A stretch of DNA of 63,926 nt, the filler included, from Octopus bimaculoides (Eukaryota), in assembly GCF_001194135.2 (NCBI RefSeq). It is 6 parts of 6 records of this genome, joined end to end, with 100 filler letters (N's around TTAATTAATTAA, not from the genome) between each part and the next. Parts side by side here need not be neighbours in the genome. Positions count along the whole stretch, not along the records: positions 20,098 to 47,375 come from NC_068987.1; positions 47,476 to 57,758 come from NC_068994.1; 4 more parts are not named here. One strand, written 5' to 3'. The translations under genes were made by a program, and so were the position numbers. Shown here in pieces: positions 37,500 through 49,242 of the stretch; position 1 is the stretch's first letter, and each line of letters begins with the position of its first letter. The notes under the pieces were generated by a model. It had not been told where the DNA came from, did no database searches, and was given only the letters and a program-made list of their open reading frames with translations.

Positions 37500-39640
37500 A
37501 TTTATATATATCCAGAGACACTTGGATTTGGTCATTCAACCACTTATCGAGACCTGTGTGCCATTGGAGAAATCAGCAAATTGTGTCAATGGGTTCCTCA
37601 CAAACTTTCCAAGTGTAATCGTGCACAGAGAGTGAATGTGTGCTCTTCTTTGCTGTCACGTCTCATGCAGGAACCTATTTGGACCGAATAGTGATTGATG
37701 AGGAGAAATGGGTTCTCTATAAAAATGCCAAGTGCCAAACACTGTGAGCAAGGAAAGGAGAAACACAGTTTTGAACTTTTAAACCCAAACCAGACGATAA
37801 CAAAGGAGATCTGTGAGTAGCTTAACCCCTTTGTTACTATATTTCTGACCAAAATACACCCCTCACGAGTTTCAATTAAATTCTAAAATAATCATAAATT
37901 TAGACTAATGTTATATATATGTGTGTGTCTGTGTGTGTGTTCTTGATATTCTTTCAGAGCAAGTCGTTTTACATCTATTACACTATTTTTCTTTTGTTTC
38001 TTGGCTCTAGTGAGCCCTCTCCCCACCCACCCTGTTCACGAGCGCGCATCTTTTTCTTCATTTTCATTCCCAGCAAGTTGTTTTACACCTATCAGACTAA
38101 TATTTTTTAATTTTTATCACCGGGTCAAACGCATAGTTTGACTGCCATGGTTATGGTATGGACGTGATAAATTCCAGATCACATCGTACCCTAGCCCATG
38201 CTGACAAACATTATTGTCTCTTTTCCCTGTATAAAAGCTAAATCCACAGCAGTACCCAGTATTTGCCTCACAAATTTTCCAAACTTTGATCCCCCATTTT
38301 GTGGGCTTTCCTGGCATATACTGTCGGAAGCATACTCTTCCTTTATACCCCACCATGCCCTCATCGACGGATAAGTATCTCTCAGGCTTGTAAAATGTCT
38401 TATATGCATTTTGAACGCAGTCGATGAGGGGTCTTATTTTAAATAAGGGATCAAAGCTTGGTTCTCCACGTACTGGGGTACTGCTAGTGTTTCTCACATG
38501 TAAATATTGGTTCAGCTTCACGAATCGTACTCGCGTCNNNNNNNNNNNNNNNNNNNNNNNNNNNNNNNNNNNNNNNNNNNNNNNNNNNNNNNNNNNNNNN
38601 NNNNNNNNNNNNNNNNNNNNNNNNNNNNNNNNNNNNNNNNNNNNNNNNNNNNNNNNNNNNNNNNNNNNNNNNNNNNNNNNNNNNNNNNNNNNNNNNNNNN
38701 NNNNNNNNNNNNNNNNNNNNNNNNNNNNNNNNNNNNNNNNNNNNNNNNNNNNNNNNNNNNNNNNNNNNNNNNNNNNNNGGTTTCGCTTCCTAGACCCTGT
38801 CTCCTCAGAAAAATTGTTAATAAAAATATTTTTAAAATCTTATCCATTCTGGTGTAAAATCATCCTCGCTGTCGCCGTCGCTGCTTTCGGTTTCGGATAC
38901 AGAAATATCTGATTCATTATCGTTCACCACGTGCTTTTGTAGCTCATCCATTCTTTTCTTCGATATCTCCATATCTTCTGTTGAAAAGCCTTCAAATTTG
39001 GAATCACTGCTTGATAGCATGAAACTCCTCTCCATCTTCAAAGTTGAAAATATTAACGCCGCAAAAAATGTCGAAAAAAAATCTTCCAAAATTCACTGAG
39101 TTCAAATATCATGCCAAACAATGTCGGATACAATAACTCAACTGTTTGCAAAGTGAAATCAGGTGTTTTAACGAATGTACTAACAAGATTTGGGTTCAAA
39201 TTTACATTTAAATAACAATGGGTACTCTCAGCTGGCTATGGCCGGGTTGGTCTTATGAACCAAAAAATTTTTCGGTCAGCTAAGTAATGAAAGGGTTAAG
39301 TCAGCACAAGAAAAAAAACAACCATCTTTGCTTTGAAGACGAAAGTGTTCTTCCATCAGGATAATGCACAGCTACATACAGTGAGGATGACATTCTGAAA
39401 GCTGGAATTGCTGATTATTATTTATTCTGCAATCCTCAAAATCATTTCGACGGAAAAAATTTGAATTTTGTAGACGAGGTGAGAACAGTACTGGAGGAGT
39501 ATTTTTCATCATGGTCAAGTGAATTTTGGAAGAGGGGTCTTGCAAGTCTATCGCATAGATGGAAGAGCATTATAGAAAATGAAGGAGAGTATATTTTAGA
39601 TTAATTTAATTTTTAAAACTAAAAGAAGTATAAAAAAACT
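37500..39640 (+). mobile_element. Mariner transposase remnant split by piggyBac
   Basis: QWVPHKL and LDRIV.DEEKWVLY lie left of the insert. FHQDNA and EFWKRGL.SL.HRWKSIIENEGEYILD* lie to the right. Confidence 0.85.
37826..39295 (-). mobile_element. piggyBac deletion derivative 2 with TTAA TSD
   Basis: TTAA at 37822-37825 and 39296-39299, with the same termini as 28001-29021. FDPLFKIRPL, SVDEGMVGYKGR, KPTKWGIKVW (PGBD4-like). Confidence 0.9.
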
Positions 39641-39658
39641 GGGAAAGTCGATATATAT

Positions 39659-41000
39659 ATATCATCATCATCCCCATCATCGCTTAATGTCCACCTTCCA
39701 TGCATGCATGGGTAAGACGGTTGACAGGAGCTGGCCAGGTAGGAGACTATCCCAGGCTGTTGTGTCTATTTTGACGGTTTTTATGGCTGGATGCCCTTCC
39801 TAACACCAACCACTCTGTAGATTGGACTGAGTGCTTTTTATGTAACACCAGCACAAGTCAGTTTTGGCATGAATTTTACAGCTGGATGCTCTTCCAAATA
39901 CCAACTACTTTACAGTGTGGACTGGATGCTTTTTACGTGGCACCAAGTAACTTATAAGACAAGGAATTTTGAGAGGGGAGGGGGCTCTGAAGGAGGGGAT
40001 CTTTTGTCAGATGATGAAAATTTAGAGTGTGACAGAGGAAAAAGAGAGGTTGAAACAGGTGTCTTGCTATAGACAAGGTACATGGATACCCGGCCAGAGA
40101 AGGAGATAAAAGAAAGAGGAAGAGAGAGAGGGGGAAGAGAGGAGGGAGGGAGGGAGAGAGAGAGAGAGGTACAAGGAAGAGGACAGAAACAGGTGTACTG
40201 ATATAAAGGAGATACTCAGTTACCTAGCCAGAGGGAAAAGCGAGAAGGAGAGAGAGTGATCAAGAATGAGGACAGAAACAGGTACGTTGCTGTAGAGGAG
40301 ATACATAGCTACCTAGCCAGAGAAAAGATCAAGGGAAAAAGGGAGAGAGTGTGAAACAGCAAAAGTGCCAGAGAGAGCAAGAGAGAGATGGTGGTGAAGT
40401 GCCAGGATATGCTCACAAGTAACAAGGGTCAAAGCATAGATGGGATGGTAGAGTAAAGAAGAGGAAGATCGATGGTGGCAATTGCCAAGCCATGCCCTCA
40501 AGGAATGGAGGTCATAATATACACAGCCGAGTATTACCAAGAAGGTGCGAGTAGGGAGTGGGGATTGCAGGGACTGGTGAAAACTTGGGTATAAAGACGG
40601 GGAGAGGGAAAGCAGCAATACAGTGAGCAGAGCAGTGAGGGCAGGGAAGGGAAGTGAGAGTCAACCATAGTGTATGAAGAGGAAATGTGAGGAAGGCAAC
40701 AATGCAGTTTAGAAGAGATGTAGTTTGGTTTTTTGGGGAAGGGTGTGTGAAAAGTTTATTGTTACATGTGGGTGGAACACAATGCTTCTAGCATTTAGTT
40801 TTGCTGATGTGGGCAGGTTTCTCATCTTGGTCAATTGTCATTTCCTCAGTGAGCCCTAACATCCTGAGATGGGACCTCACAACTTCATCCTGGGTCTCTT
40901 TCTTCCACAAGTACCATCCACTTTCAGTGACAGGCACTTCTGTACACAGGTGCCTTTACTCATACACATCAAATGTCCAAAGCAACAAGTCTGTATGATT
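39659..41000 (-). mobile_element. RTE-type LINE 3' fragment (C-terminus, pyrimidine-rich 3' UTR, (GAT)n tail)
   Basis: DEVVRSHLRMLGLTEEMT at about 40840-40900. The tail is similar to 24037-24200. Confidence 0.7.
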
Positions 41001-41068
41001 GTAAAAATTTTAAGTAATAAAACATAAAAATCATACTAAGTTGGAATCTCATTAATATATATATATAA

Positions 41069-41424
41069 GGCGCAGGAGTGGCAGTGTGGTAAGTAGCTTG
41101 CTTACCAACCACATGGTTCCAGGTTCAGTCCCACTGCGTGGCACCTTGGACAAGTGTCTTCTACTATAGCTTCGGGCCGACCAAAGCCTTGTGAGTGGAT
41201 TTGGTAGACGGAAACTGAAAGAAGCCTGTCGTATATATGTGTGTGTTTGTGTGTCTGTGTTTGTCCCCCCACCATCGCTTGACAACCAATGGTGGTGTGT
41301 TTACGTCCCCGTAACTTAGCAGTTTGGCAAAAGAGACCGATAGAATAAATACTAGGGTTGATTTGCTCGACTAAAGGCGGTGCTCCAGCATGGCCGCAGT
41401 CAAATGACTGAAACAAGTAAAAGA

Positions 41425-41426
<2 letters not shown>
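41069..41426 (+). mobile_element. SINE A, near full length
   Basis: High similarity to 32188-32604. Confidence 0.9.
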
Positions 41427-41465
<39 letters not shown>

Positions 41466-41610
41466 ACACACATATATCCATATCTATACATAAAAATATA
41501 TTTGTACATACAAATACATATTGTGTGTGTGTGTGTATATGTATATATATATATATATATAATGTATGCATGTGTGTGTGTGAACATATATATATAAATA
41601 TAAATAAATA

Positions 41611-43273
41611 CATGGTGGAATCAAAAAGTTCCCAGACTGGTTCTCTAATGCACCAACAGATGTAGCACATGGTTGCATGCACAGTGAGAGCTAGCAGTGA
41701 CCTTCATGAGGCAGTGTGCTGAGTGACCTCACTGTGCTTACTTAGCAAATTGTGAAATTTGTTTTTGTGATCATGTGTATGCTGTAGTCTGTGATTTTGC
41801 CATGAAACAAAGAGCCAATGTGAAATTTTGTGTTCAACTAGGGAAGTCTGCTACAGAGACATTGAGCATGCTACAAGCTTATGGTGATGAGGCAATGGAT
41901 CTACACAATGTTTCAAGTGGTATGGGCATTTCAAAAGTGGAAGAACATCCCTGGAAGACCTGCCTTGAATGTCACCCCAGATATGTGGAGAAAATTCATA
42001 GCTTGTGCATGAGGATTGTCGGAGGACAATCAGCAATACTGCTGATGTTGTTGGTCTGTCATATGGGTCAGTGCAAGCAATCCAAACATCTTGATTGAAC
42101 ATGCAGTGTGTCTGCTAAGTTTGTTCCCTACCTGCTAACCCTCGAGCAGAAAGAACATTATGTCAAAGTTTGTTAAGATCTCTGTCAGTGTGCCACTGAT
42201 GACCCATCCTTCATGTCAAAGATCATCACTGGTGATGAGAGTTGGATCTACAGGTACGACCCTGAGATGAAACAGCAGTCATCACAATGGAAAAGCCCTT
42301 CATTCTCCATGACTGAAGAGGGCACAATAGAGCCGCAGCTCAATCAAGAGCATGCTTGTTATTTTTTTCGACATCCAAGGTATTGTACATTGAGAATCCA
42401 TCCCCCAGAGCCAGACCATCAATCAAGAGTTCTACTGCGATGTTTTGAAGTGTTTGTGGGAGGATATTCAGTGAAAGTGACTGGATCTGTGGAGCAAGAA
42501 TTGGATTCATCATGATGACAATGCACCATCACCTAGCTCTTCTTACCCATGAGTTTCTCACCAAAAACAATATGGTATTACTTCTGCACCCACCCTATTT
42601 GCCAGATTTAGTACCTACTCTTTTACTCTTTTACTTGTTTCAGTCATTTGACTGTGGCCATGCTGGAGCACCGCCTTTAGTCGAGCAAATCGACCTAAGG
42701 ACTTACTCTTTGGATGCCTAGTACTTATTCTATCAGTCTCTTTTGTCGAACCGCTAAGTTACGGGGACGTAAACACACCAGCATCAGTTGTCAAGCGATG
42801 TTAGGGGGACAAACACAGACACACACATACATATATATATATATACATATATACGACGGGCTTCTTTCAGTTTCCGTCTACCAAATCCACTCACAAAGCT
42901 TCGGTTGGCCCGAGGCTATAGTAGAAGACACTTGCCCAAGGTGCCACGCAGTGGGAATGAACCTGGAACCATATGGATGGTAAGCAAGCTACTTACCACA
43001 CAGCCAGTGGACTTCCATCTCTTCCCCAAGATGAAAATTTAGCTCAAAGGTTGCTGTTTTAACACCATTGTTGAGATCCAGAGTGAATCACAGGTCCTTG
43101 ATTCACTTATGGAAAACAACTTCCAGGCTGGATTCCAAAAGTGGCAAGAATGCCAGGACCGGTGTATTGCTGTGCAAGGTAACTATTTCGAAGGAGATGA
43201 TATTAAAATATAGGTAAATAAGTTATTTTTTATTAAACATAACTAGTCTGGGAACTCTTTGATACCACTTCAG
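41611..43273 (+). mobile_element. Full-span degenerate mariner (DD34D type) with ~29-bp TIRs and TA TSD, interrupted by SINE A
   Basis: TA-catggtggaatcaaaaagttcccagact / agtctgggaactctttgataccacttcag-TA. QRANVKFC, ITGDESW.Y.YDPE, HDDNA, HPPYLPDL..DF.LFPK. Confidence 0.9.
42619..43007 (-). mobile_element. SINE A inserted in the mariner between the YxPDL and DF motifs
   Basis: Reverse complement of 41069-41426. The mariner frame resumes at gtggacttcc. Confidence 0.9.
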
Positions 43274-43305
43274 TATATACATACATACACACATATATAC
43301 AAGTG

Positions 43306-43381
43306 GGGTAGTTTAGCTTAATCGGTCAAAGCATCGTGATGCGTAATCACGGGGATGTGAGTTCGAGTCCACAGCTAGCCA
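43306..43381 (+). pseudogene. Degenerate tRNA-like sequence (possible CGT/Thr anticodon) followed by T6
   Basis: D arm gctt/aagc, stem cgtga/tcacg around tgcgtaa, gttcgagtcc B box, imperfect acceptor and T stems, tttttt at 43389-43394. Confidence 0.4.
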
Positions 43382-43760
43382 CCTACACTTTTTTCTGCAA
43401 AATAGGGGTAGTTTATCCTGTTCAGGCTATATTATTAGCATTATTCTGCGATTGAGAATTTAAAATCACTTCTTTAACTTTCTAAGACATCTCAACGCTT
43501 CTAAAAGCAAACTTCGTTTGTTTATTTACATTTGTCGTAATTTGAATTTATACATATATATATTATTTGTGGCTTAACCAGTTTCATGTTGAAAGAGATA
43601 TCTCAAGTCTACCACATGGGATACTGTTGTTCATCTCCATCATCCAAGATGGCTTTACATGTAGGCTCTACATGCAGGGAAAGACATGTTCAGCCTCTAA
43701 TAGCATCATCCTCACCTATGAGTCGAATCTGGACTGACCATGCAGATTATAATTTTATGA

Positions 43761-45157
43761 TCTACTAGCAGCTAAGCCCGGTTTCACCTGGTCTGTTTGG
43801 ATGATGTGGCTGTGATCTTTTTCAGTTAGGCATATCTATAACAGCATTTCTCAACCTTATCATATCAGGTCTCCTGTTTCAATTGAGGCCTCCAGCTGTA
43901 TGAAAATTTCCTGACTCCCACCTCCTTGTCAGAAAACAGCTTCAGGAGTTGTGAAGAACGAATTTGTACGTTGTGTCTTTCTGATAGCTATTCTATTGCA
44001 CCTCTCTCTAATCATTAAAACATTGATTTAATTATGAACATAGAAAGAAATTATACATTAATACCTATTTTTGTAAGCAGTTGTATCCGTAAAGAATGTT
44101 ATTTGCAGAGAGCAAAAATTGAAAGATATATGAAATGAACGTGCGTGTGTGTGTGTGTGCGCACGCGCACGTGAGTGTGTGTGTGTGTGCGCACGCGCAC
44201 GTGAGTGTGTGTGCGTGCATGTGTATGTGAGAGAGAAAGTGGGTGAGAAAGATGAGAGTTTGAGTGAAGGTGTATGTCATGATGATTGACGTCTTTTAAG
44301 GTACACATACATAGAAAATGTCATTGTAGAAAATTTGTACGATAGTTGATTTATGGAAAAGATTATGTTTAATTTTTGAAATGCAAATATGTGAATGAAA
44401 ATTAAGATCAGACCTCTACATGGTAGGTAGACCTGGTAGAAATAGCAGCCAAATCTCCCTCAAAACATCCTACTGTCTTAATCCGATAATTCTGCTTATT
44501 ATGTAGTTTGAAAATTCCTGAAGAACGAATTTATACATAGTGTGTTTGTGAGAGCTATTGTATTGGACGTCTGTGTAATCATGAAAACATTGATTTAATT
44601 ATGAACATAGAAAGAAATTATATATGAATCCATATTTTTGTAAGCAGTTGTATCTGTAAAAATTTTATTTGCATAGAGCAAAAATTGAAAGAAGATATAT
44701 GAAATGGACATGTGTGTGTGTGTTTCTGGGTAATTTGGTGGGAGTTTTGCAGTCAGCACGAGGTGGTTTGTGTTTATCACTTGAGTGGAATTGTTAATTT
44801 GTGTGTAATAGCAATGCCCGGACAAGTCAAAATACCTTCGTTTTTTACTCCTTTGCCTGCAGTAAAAGGAGCCAGGAGCCCTTGTCCGGTAAGTTGAAGA
44901 AACAATAAGAATATTTTGATAAGTTTTAGCTTCAGTTTATATTTTGAAACTGTCTGACATTTGACACGTAATACTGCAATAATGGAGGAGATGTGATATT
45001 GCACTGGGCTCGCACTAGGCAAAAAGTTTTTTAAAATTTTGGCCTAAAACACTACCTCGTATATAAGGGATGTGTAAAATTTGAATGAAATTGGTAGTTC
45101 TCAAGTTTTAGGGATTCACACAGACAGACAGACACACATTCTCATATATATATATAT
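43761..45157 (+). mobile_element. Probable non-autonomous Helitron/Helentron-like element with an internal duplication
   Basis: Starts tctactagcagctaagcccgg and ends aaatttgaatgaaattgg...(caga)n cacacattctcat(at)n, an organisation typical of such elements. About 130 bp are duplicated at 44009 and 44576. Confidence 0.45.
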
Positions 45158-45492
45158 GTACAAACAGGTTAAAATTGTGGCCATCATACACTTTCCCTTT
45201 CTGCTGATCCATGAGATATGATCTGGATGATACAGGCTATATCTACTGTTAAAATAACTTTTCATTTATTTTTATATTGTTTTCTACTGAAGAAACTGTT
45301 TTCTGTGCCAATACATGATGGGTTACAGTAGTCATGTAAGTTGACATTAGTCATATTCTTGTTTTTCACATTATAAAATTAGTAATGTAAGAATTCCTCT
45401 CAGATTTATGACTAATTAATCAAGGGAAAATGTTGGCTCAGGATAAGCAAAGAAAATCTTATTAGGAAAATTGTCAATTTGATCTAACTTAC

Positions 45493-45690
45493 TTGATTGG
45501 TTAACTTCTGAAATTCTTTCTTGTCATCTTCTGTTATGACATATTCTTCTTCAGTTTCATTCCAACCCATTTCACGCAGAAGTCTTTGCTCTGCCTCTAG
45601 AGAGCTTGAAAGAAGCGAAGTACTGTTGTCTTTCATTGACAACAGATCAATTCCATTTACTAATTCTTGAGGTGAATTGCAAACATAATT
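45493..45690 (-). CDS. GPBP1: Internal (probably penultimate) exon of a vasculin/GC-rich promoter-binding protein 1-like gene
   Basis: ttttcAG acceptor and GTAAGT donor, 198 nt, phase 0/0. LSSSLEAEQRLLREMGWNE...ITEDDKKEF matches the conserved vasculin motif SLEAExRLLxxMGWxE...LTEDExxEF. Confidence 0.8.
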
Positions 45691-46109
45691 CTGAAAACAT
45701 AACATTTATAAAGTTTTTATGGTAAATCATATCAATACTGTTATTTATAATTATGCTCTTATTTCACTTTTAATGATTTATTCTTTGATTATTGTAGCCT
45801 AACATAAAAAATATTTTTTAACTTAACATCATCATTGATATACAACTAACACAATTACTTGGGTTTAGCTCTAGTTTGGTTTCATATTACTTTCATTTTC
45901 ATGAAATATAGAAAAAGTATTCAAATCCTAATAGCAATGTATATTAAGATTCTAAGAAGTCATTTTTTTCACCTTCCACTGTTTTACCATGTTGGTTTGG
46001 TTAGCATTAAGTTCTAGGCATTGTGCAGGGGTGTTTCAAGGTAACACATTATTACACAATTATTAAATGAAGACAAAGATTTTAATAACAATAACTAATA
46101 TGTTGTTAA

Positions 46110-47375
46110 CCCTTTCGTTACCATATTTCTAACCAAAATACACTTCTTATGTGTTTCAATTAATTTCTAACATAATCATAAATTTAGTCTGGTTTCTAAC
46201 GTTTTTATTTATCAACCAATTCTATACCATAATTTTTGTCACAAAGTGAGTCTAATTACAGGTAAATTCAACAAAATATAAAATTATAAAAATTTCTGTT
46301 CAAACATCGCTATAGAACATGGGTTATTAGCTAATATTCAATTGGGTATACAACAAAATTTTACTATAGAAGAGTTGTGCACATTACTGGATTCATCAGG
46401 TGAATTTAAACACACAAAAGACAGGTGTACCATAAAGGTATAAGTAAAACGAAAGACTGGAATTTGTCTATGAAGAAAACTAGAAAACAAAATACACACA
46501 CACCATCAACTAGATTAAATAAGATCTCCCACATACATAGATACACAGAAATATACAATAATGATTTACAAAAGAAATTAATCAAAATTCGTCACTCACC
46601 TTACAGGTAAATTAAAATTACACACAAAGAAAAATAAAAACGAAGTAAATTTGAAAATGGTGGCGATACCTGAGAGGGATATCTCTCTGGCAGGCTTTAC
46701 TTTTTCTCCCTACAGTTATTTTTTTTGAGAAATAACCAGCTCTTAGTTGCGTTGCTACATCTGCACGGAACTGCAGATGGTCGCATCGCTTTCGAGCAGG
46801 TCCTGATTTGGTATATAGTATAAACGCATTAGTAATACTCATATTTGCTATAAGATCTCCCACATACATAGATACACAGAAATATACAATAATGATTTAC
46901 AAAAGAAATTAATCAAAATTCGTCATTCACCTTACAGGTAAATTAAAATTACACACAAGTTTGACCGAACTGAAAAATCGGTCAAAAAATAATATACAGC
47001 CCTGGTTATGGTATGGAAATGATAAATTCCAGACCACATCATACCCTAGGCCATGCTGACTTACATAATTGTCTCTTTTTCCTGTGTAAAATTCAAATCC
47101 AGAGCAGTACCCAGTATTTGATTCACAAATCTTCCAAACTTTGATCCCCCATTTTGTGGGCTTTCCTGGCATATACTGTTGAAAACGCACTTGGCCTTTA
47201 TAGCCCACCATACCCTCATCAATTGATAAATGTCTCCCTGGTCTATAAACTGTTTTATATGTGTTTTGAACACAGTCAATGAGGGATCTTATTTTAAATA
47301 AGGGATCAAAGTCTGGTTCTCCACGTACTGGTGTACTGCTCGTGTCTCTTATATGTAGATATTGAGTTAATTTTA
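46110..47375 (-). mobile_element. piggyBac deletion derivative 3 (left end lost in a gap)
   Basis: TTAA at 46106-46109 plus CCCTTTCGTTAC end. KPTKWGIKVWK, FFDRFFSSVKL, MSITNAFILY. Confidence 0.85.
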
Positions 47376-47494
47376 NNNNNNNNNNNNNNNNNNNNNNNNN
47401 NNNNNNNNNNNNNNNNNNNTTAATTAATTAANNNNNNNNNNNNNNNNNNNNNNNNNNNNNNNNNNNNNNNNNNNNTATATATATGTGTGTGTGT

Positions 47495-47722
47495 GTTTAG
47501 CCCCTTGTGGGCAATAAAGAAATAAGAAACGTTAGCACGCCGGACAAAATGCTTAGTGGTATTTCGTCTGTCTTTACGTTCTGAGTTCAAATTCTGCCGA
47601 GGTCGACTTTGCCTTTCATTCTTTCGGGGTCGATAAATTAAGTACCAGTTGCGTACTGGGTCGATCTAATCGACTGGCTCCCTCCCCCAAAATTTCGGGC
47701 CTTGTGCCTAGAGTAGAAAAGA
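47495..47722 (+). mobile_element. SINE B preceded by the LINE-like tail of another copy
   Basis: tttagccccttgtgggcaataaagaaata followed by agaaacgttagcacgcc...ggccttgtgcctagagtagaaaag. Confidence 0.9.
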
Positions 47723-47929
47723 TATATATGTGAGTTCCAGTATTAGTTACTTGCCTTTATGATGTGTCCTGTTATTGAGAGACAGCGTGAATATAAGAAA
47801 AACATAATTTGATAAATATAACGAATAAATAAAGCTTTATTACATTGTAGTTTTTATTAATATAAATGAATGGGGAAAACTTGGCGACTTTATATTATTT
47901 AGTACAGATGATACCATCACGTCTCCAAC

Positions 47930-48290
47930 AAAGAACTGCATACGCATCAGCCCGCAGGCTCCTACCTCATAGGTATCCGTCGCATGCGCTGGTACGAACA
48001 TGTTCGCCATCTCCCGCTAGATCATCCTTTAAGGACTTTATTCTCATTTGACGCAGCTGCTGCCGGCTGGAAGAGGCCTTGTAGCAGACGGCTGGACGTT
48101 ATTAAGAAAGTTTTTCGGAGGCTCAACGTCACCTTGGAAGATGCAGAGGGGCCAGCACGGGACTGCCAGTGATGGAGAGTACCTTGTCGGCTCTACGCAT
48201 GAATGATAACGTCTCTGGGACCACTAACTGGAGATGACCCCAGTTTCATCAAACAAGAGCATGAAGCAACAGCAGGAGCTGCATATGCAA
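47930..48290 (+). mobile_element. RTE-clade LINE C-terminal fragment
   Basis: RRMRWYEHV..LP.DHP......AGWKRP...LDVIK. Confidence 0.7.
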
Positions 48291-48294
48291 CCCT

Positions 48295-48530
48295 GTGAAA
48301 ACGCATGGCTTAATGGTTAGGGTAACTGACTCACGATCGTAAGATTGTGGTTTCGATTCCTGGACCGGGCGATGCGGAGTGTTGTGTTTTGAGCAAAACA
48401 CTTCTTTTCACGTTGCGCCAGTCCACATTGCTGGTAAAAATGAGTAATCCTGCGACGGAGCAACTCCCAGGTGGGGAATATATATACAGCAGAGAAACTA
48501 GCCCTATGCTAAGGAGTAATGTAGACTAAT
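48295..48530 (+). mobile_element. SINE C
   Basis: gcatggcttaatggttagg head, gtttcgattcc, ttgagcaaaacacttcttttcacgttg. Confidence 0.75.
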
Positions 48531-48869
48531 CACCCATATGCATTCCTAATTGCAATCGTAATTTTGGTGGTGATGGGTGAGGGTTTTTACAATAATTTTA
48601 AGCTAGAAGGGATAAACGCCCTGCAGGACCTGGTTCGGCTCTTTACGTTCTGTGTTCAATTACCGCCGAGCTTTATTTTTACCGTTTATCTTTTCGGGAT
48701 CGATGAAGGGAAAAATTTTATTATCATTTCAAACAGCTCGAGCGACCACGACGAGGCCAAACATAAAGTGCTTGAGATCAGAATAAGGTGGCTGTTGTTT
48801 TACTTTCTCTGTCAATTGGCAGTGTGTATATCACAGTTCATTATTTGCAACTAACGAGGCTAGTGAGGC

Positions 48870-49015
48870 CGCGGGGACGTAAACACACCAACACCGGTTG
48901 TCAAGCGGTGATGGGGGTAGAATAGACACACACACATGTATCTGTATACACGACAGGCTTCTTTCAGTTTGTCTCCCTAAATCTACTCACAAGGCTTTGG
49001 TCGGCTCGAAGCTAC
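48870..49015 (-). mobile_element. SINE A central fragment
   Basis: ggggacgtaaacacacc...ggttgtcaagcg...cacaaggctttggtcggc. Confidence 0.75.
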
Positions 49016-49057
49016 AAATATTTGAGCACCCTGATAAAACATAATATTCAGAATTTT

Positions 49058-49242
49058 GAAGGCGGCGAACTGGCAGAGTCGTTAGCAGGCCGGGCGAAAT
49101 GCTTAGCAGTATTTCGTCTGTCTAAATTTCGCCGATGACAACTTTGCCTTTCATCCTATCGGGATCGATAAATTAAGTACCAGTTGCTATTCGACTGGCC
49201 CCCTCCCCCAAAATTACGGGCCTTGTGCCTAGAGTAGAAAAT
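49058..49242 (+). mobile_element. SINE B with small internal deletions
   Basis: aaggcggcgaactggcagagtcgttagc...ggccttgtgcctagagtagaaa. Confidence 0.85.

Noticed and set aside
43610-43680. HVEPTCKAILDDGDE as the missing last GPBP1 exon (TCKA word match)
   Set aside because: In-frame stop just upstream, and the nearest acceptor gives the wrong phase for the phase-0 donor at 45493.
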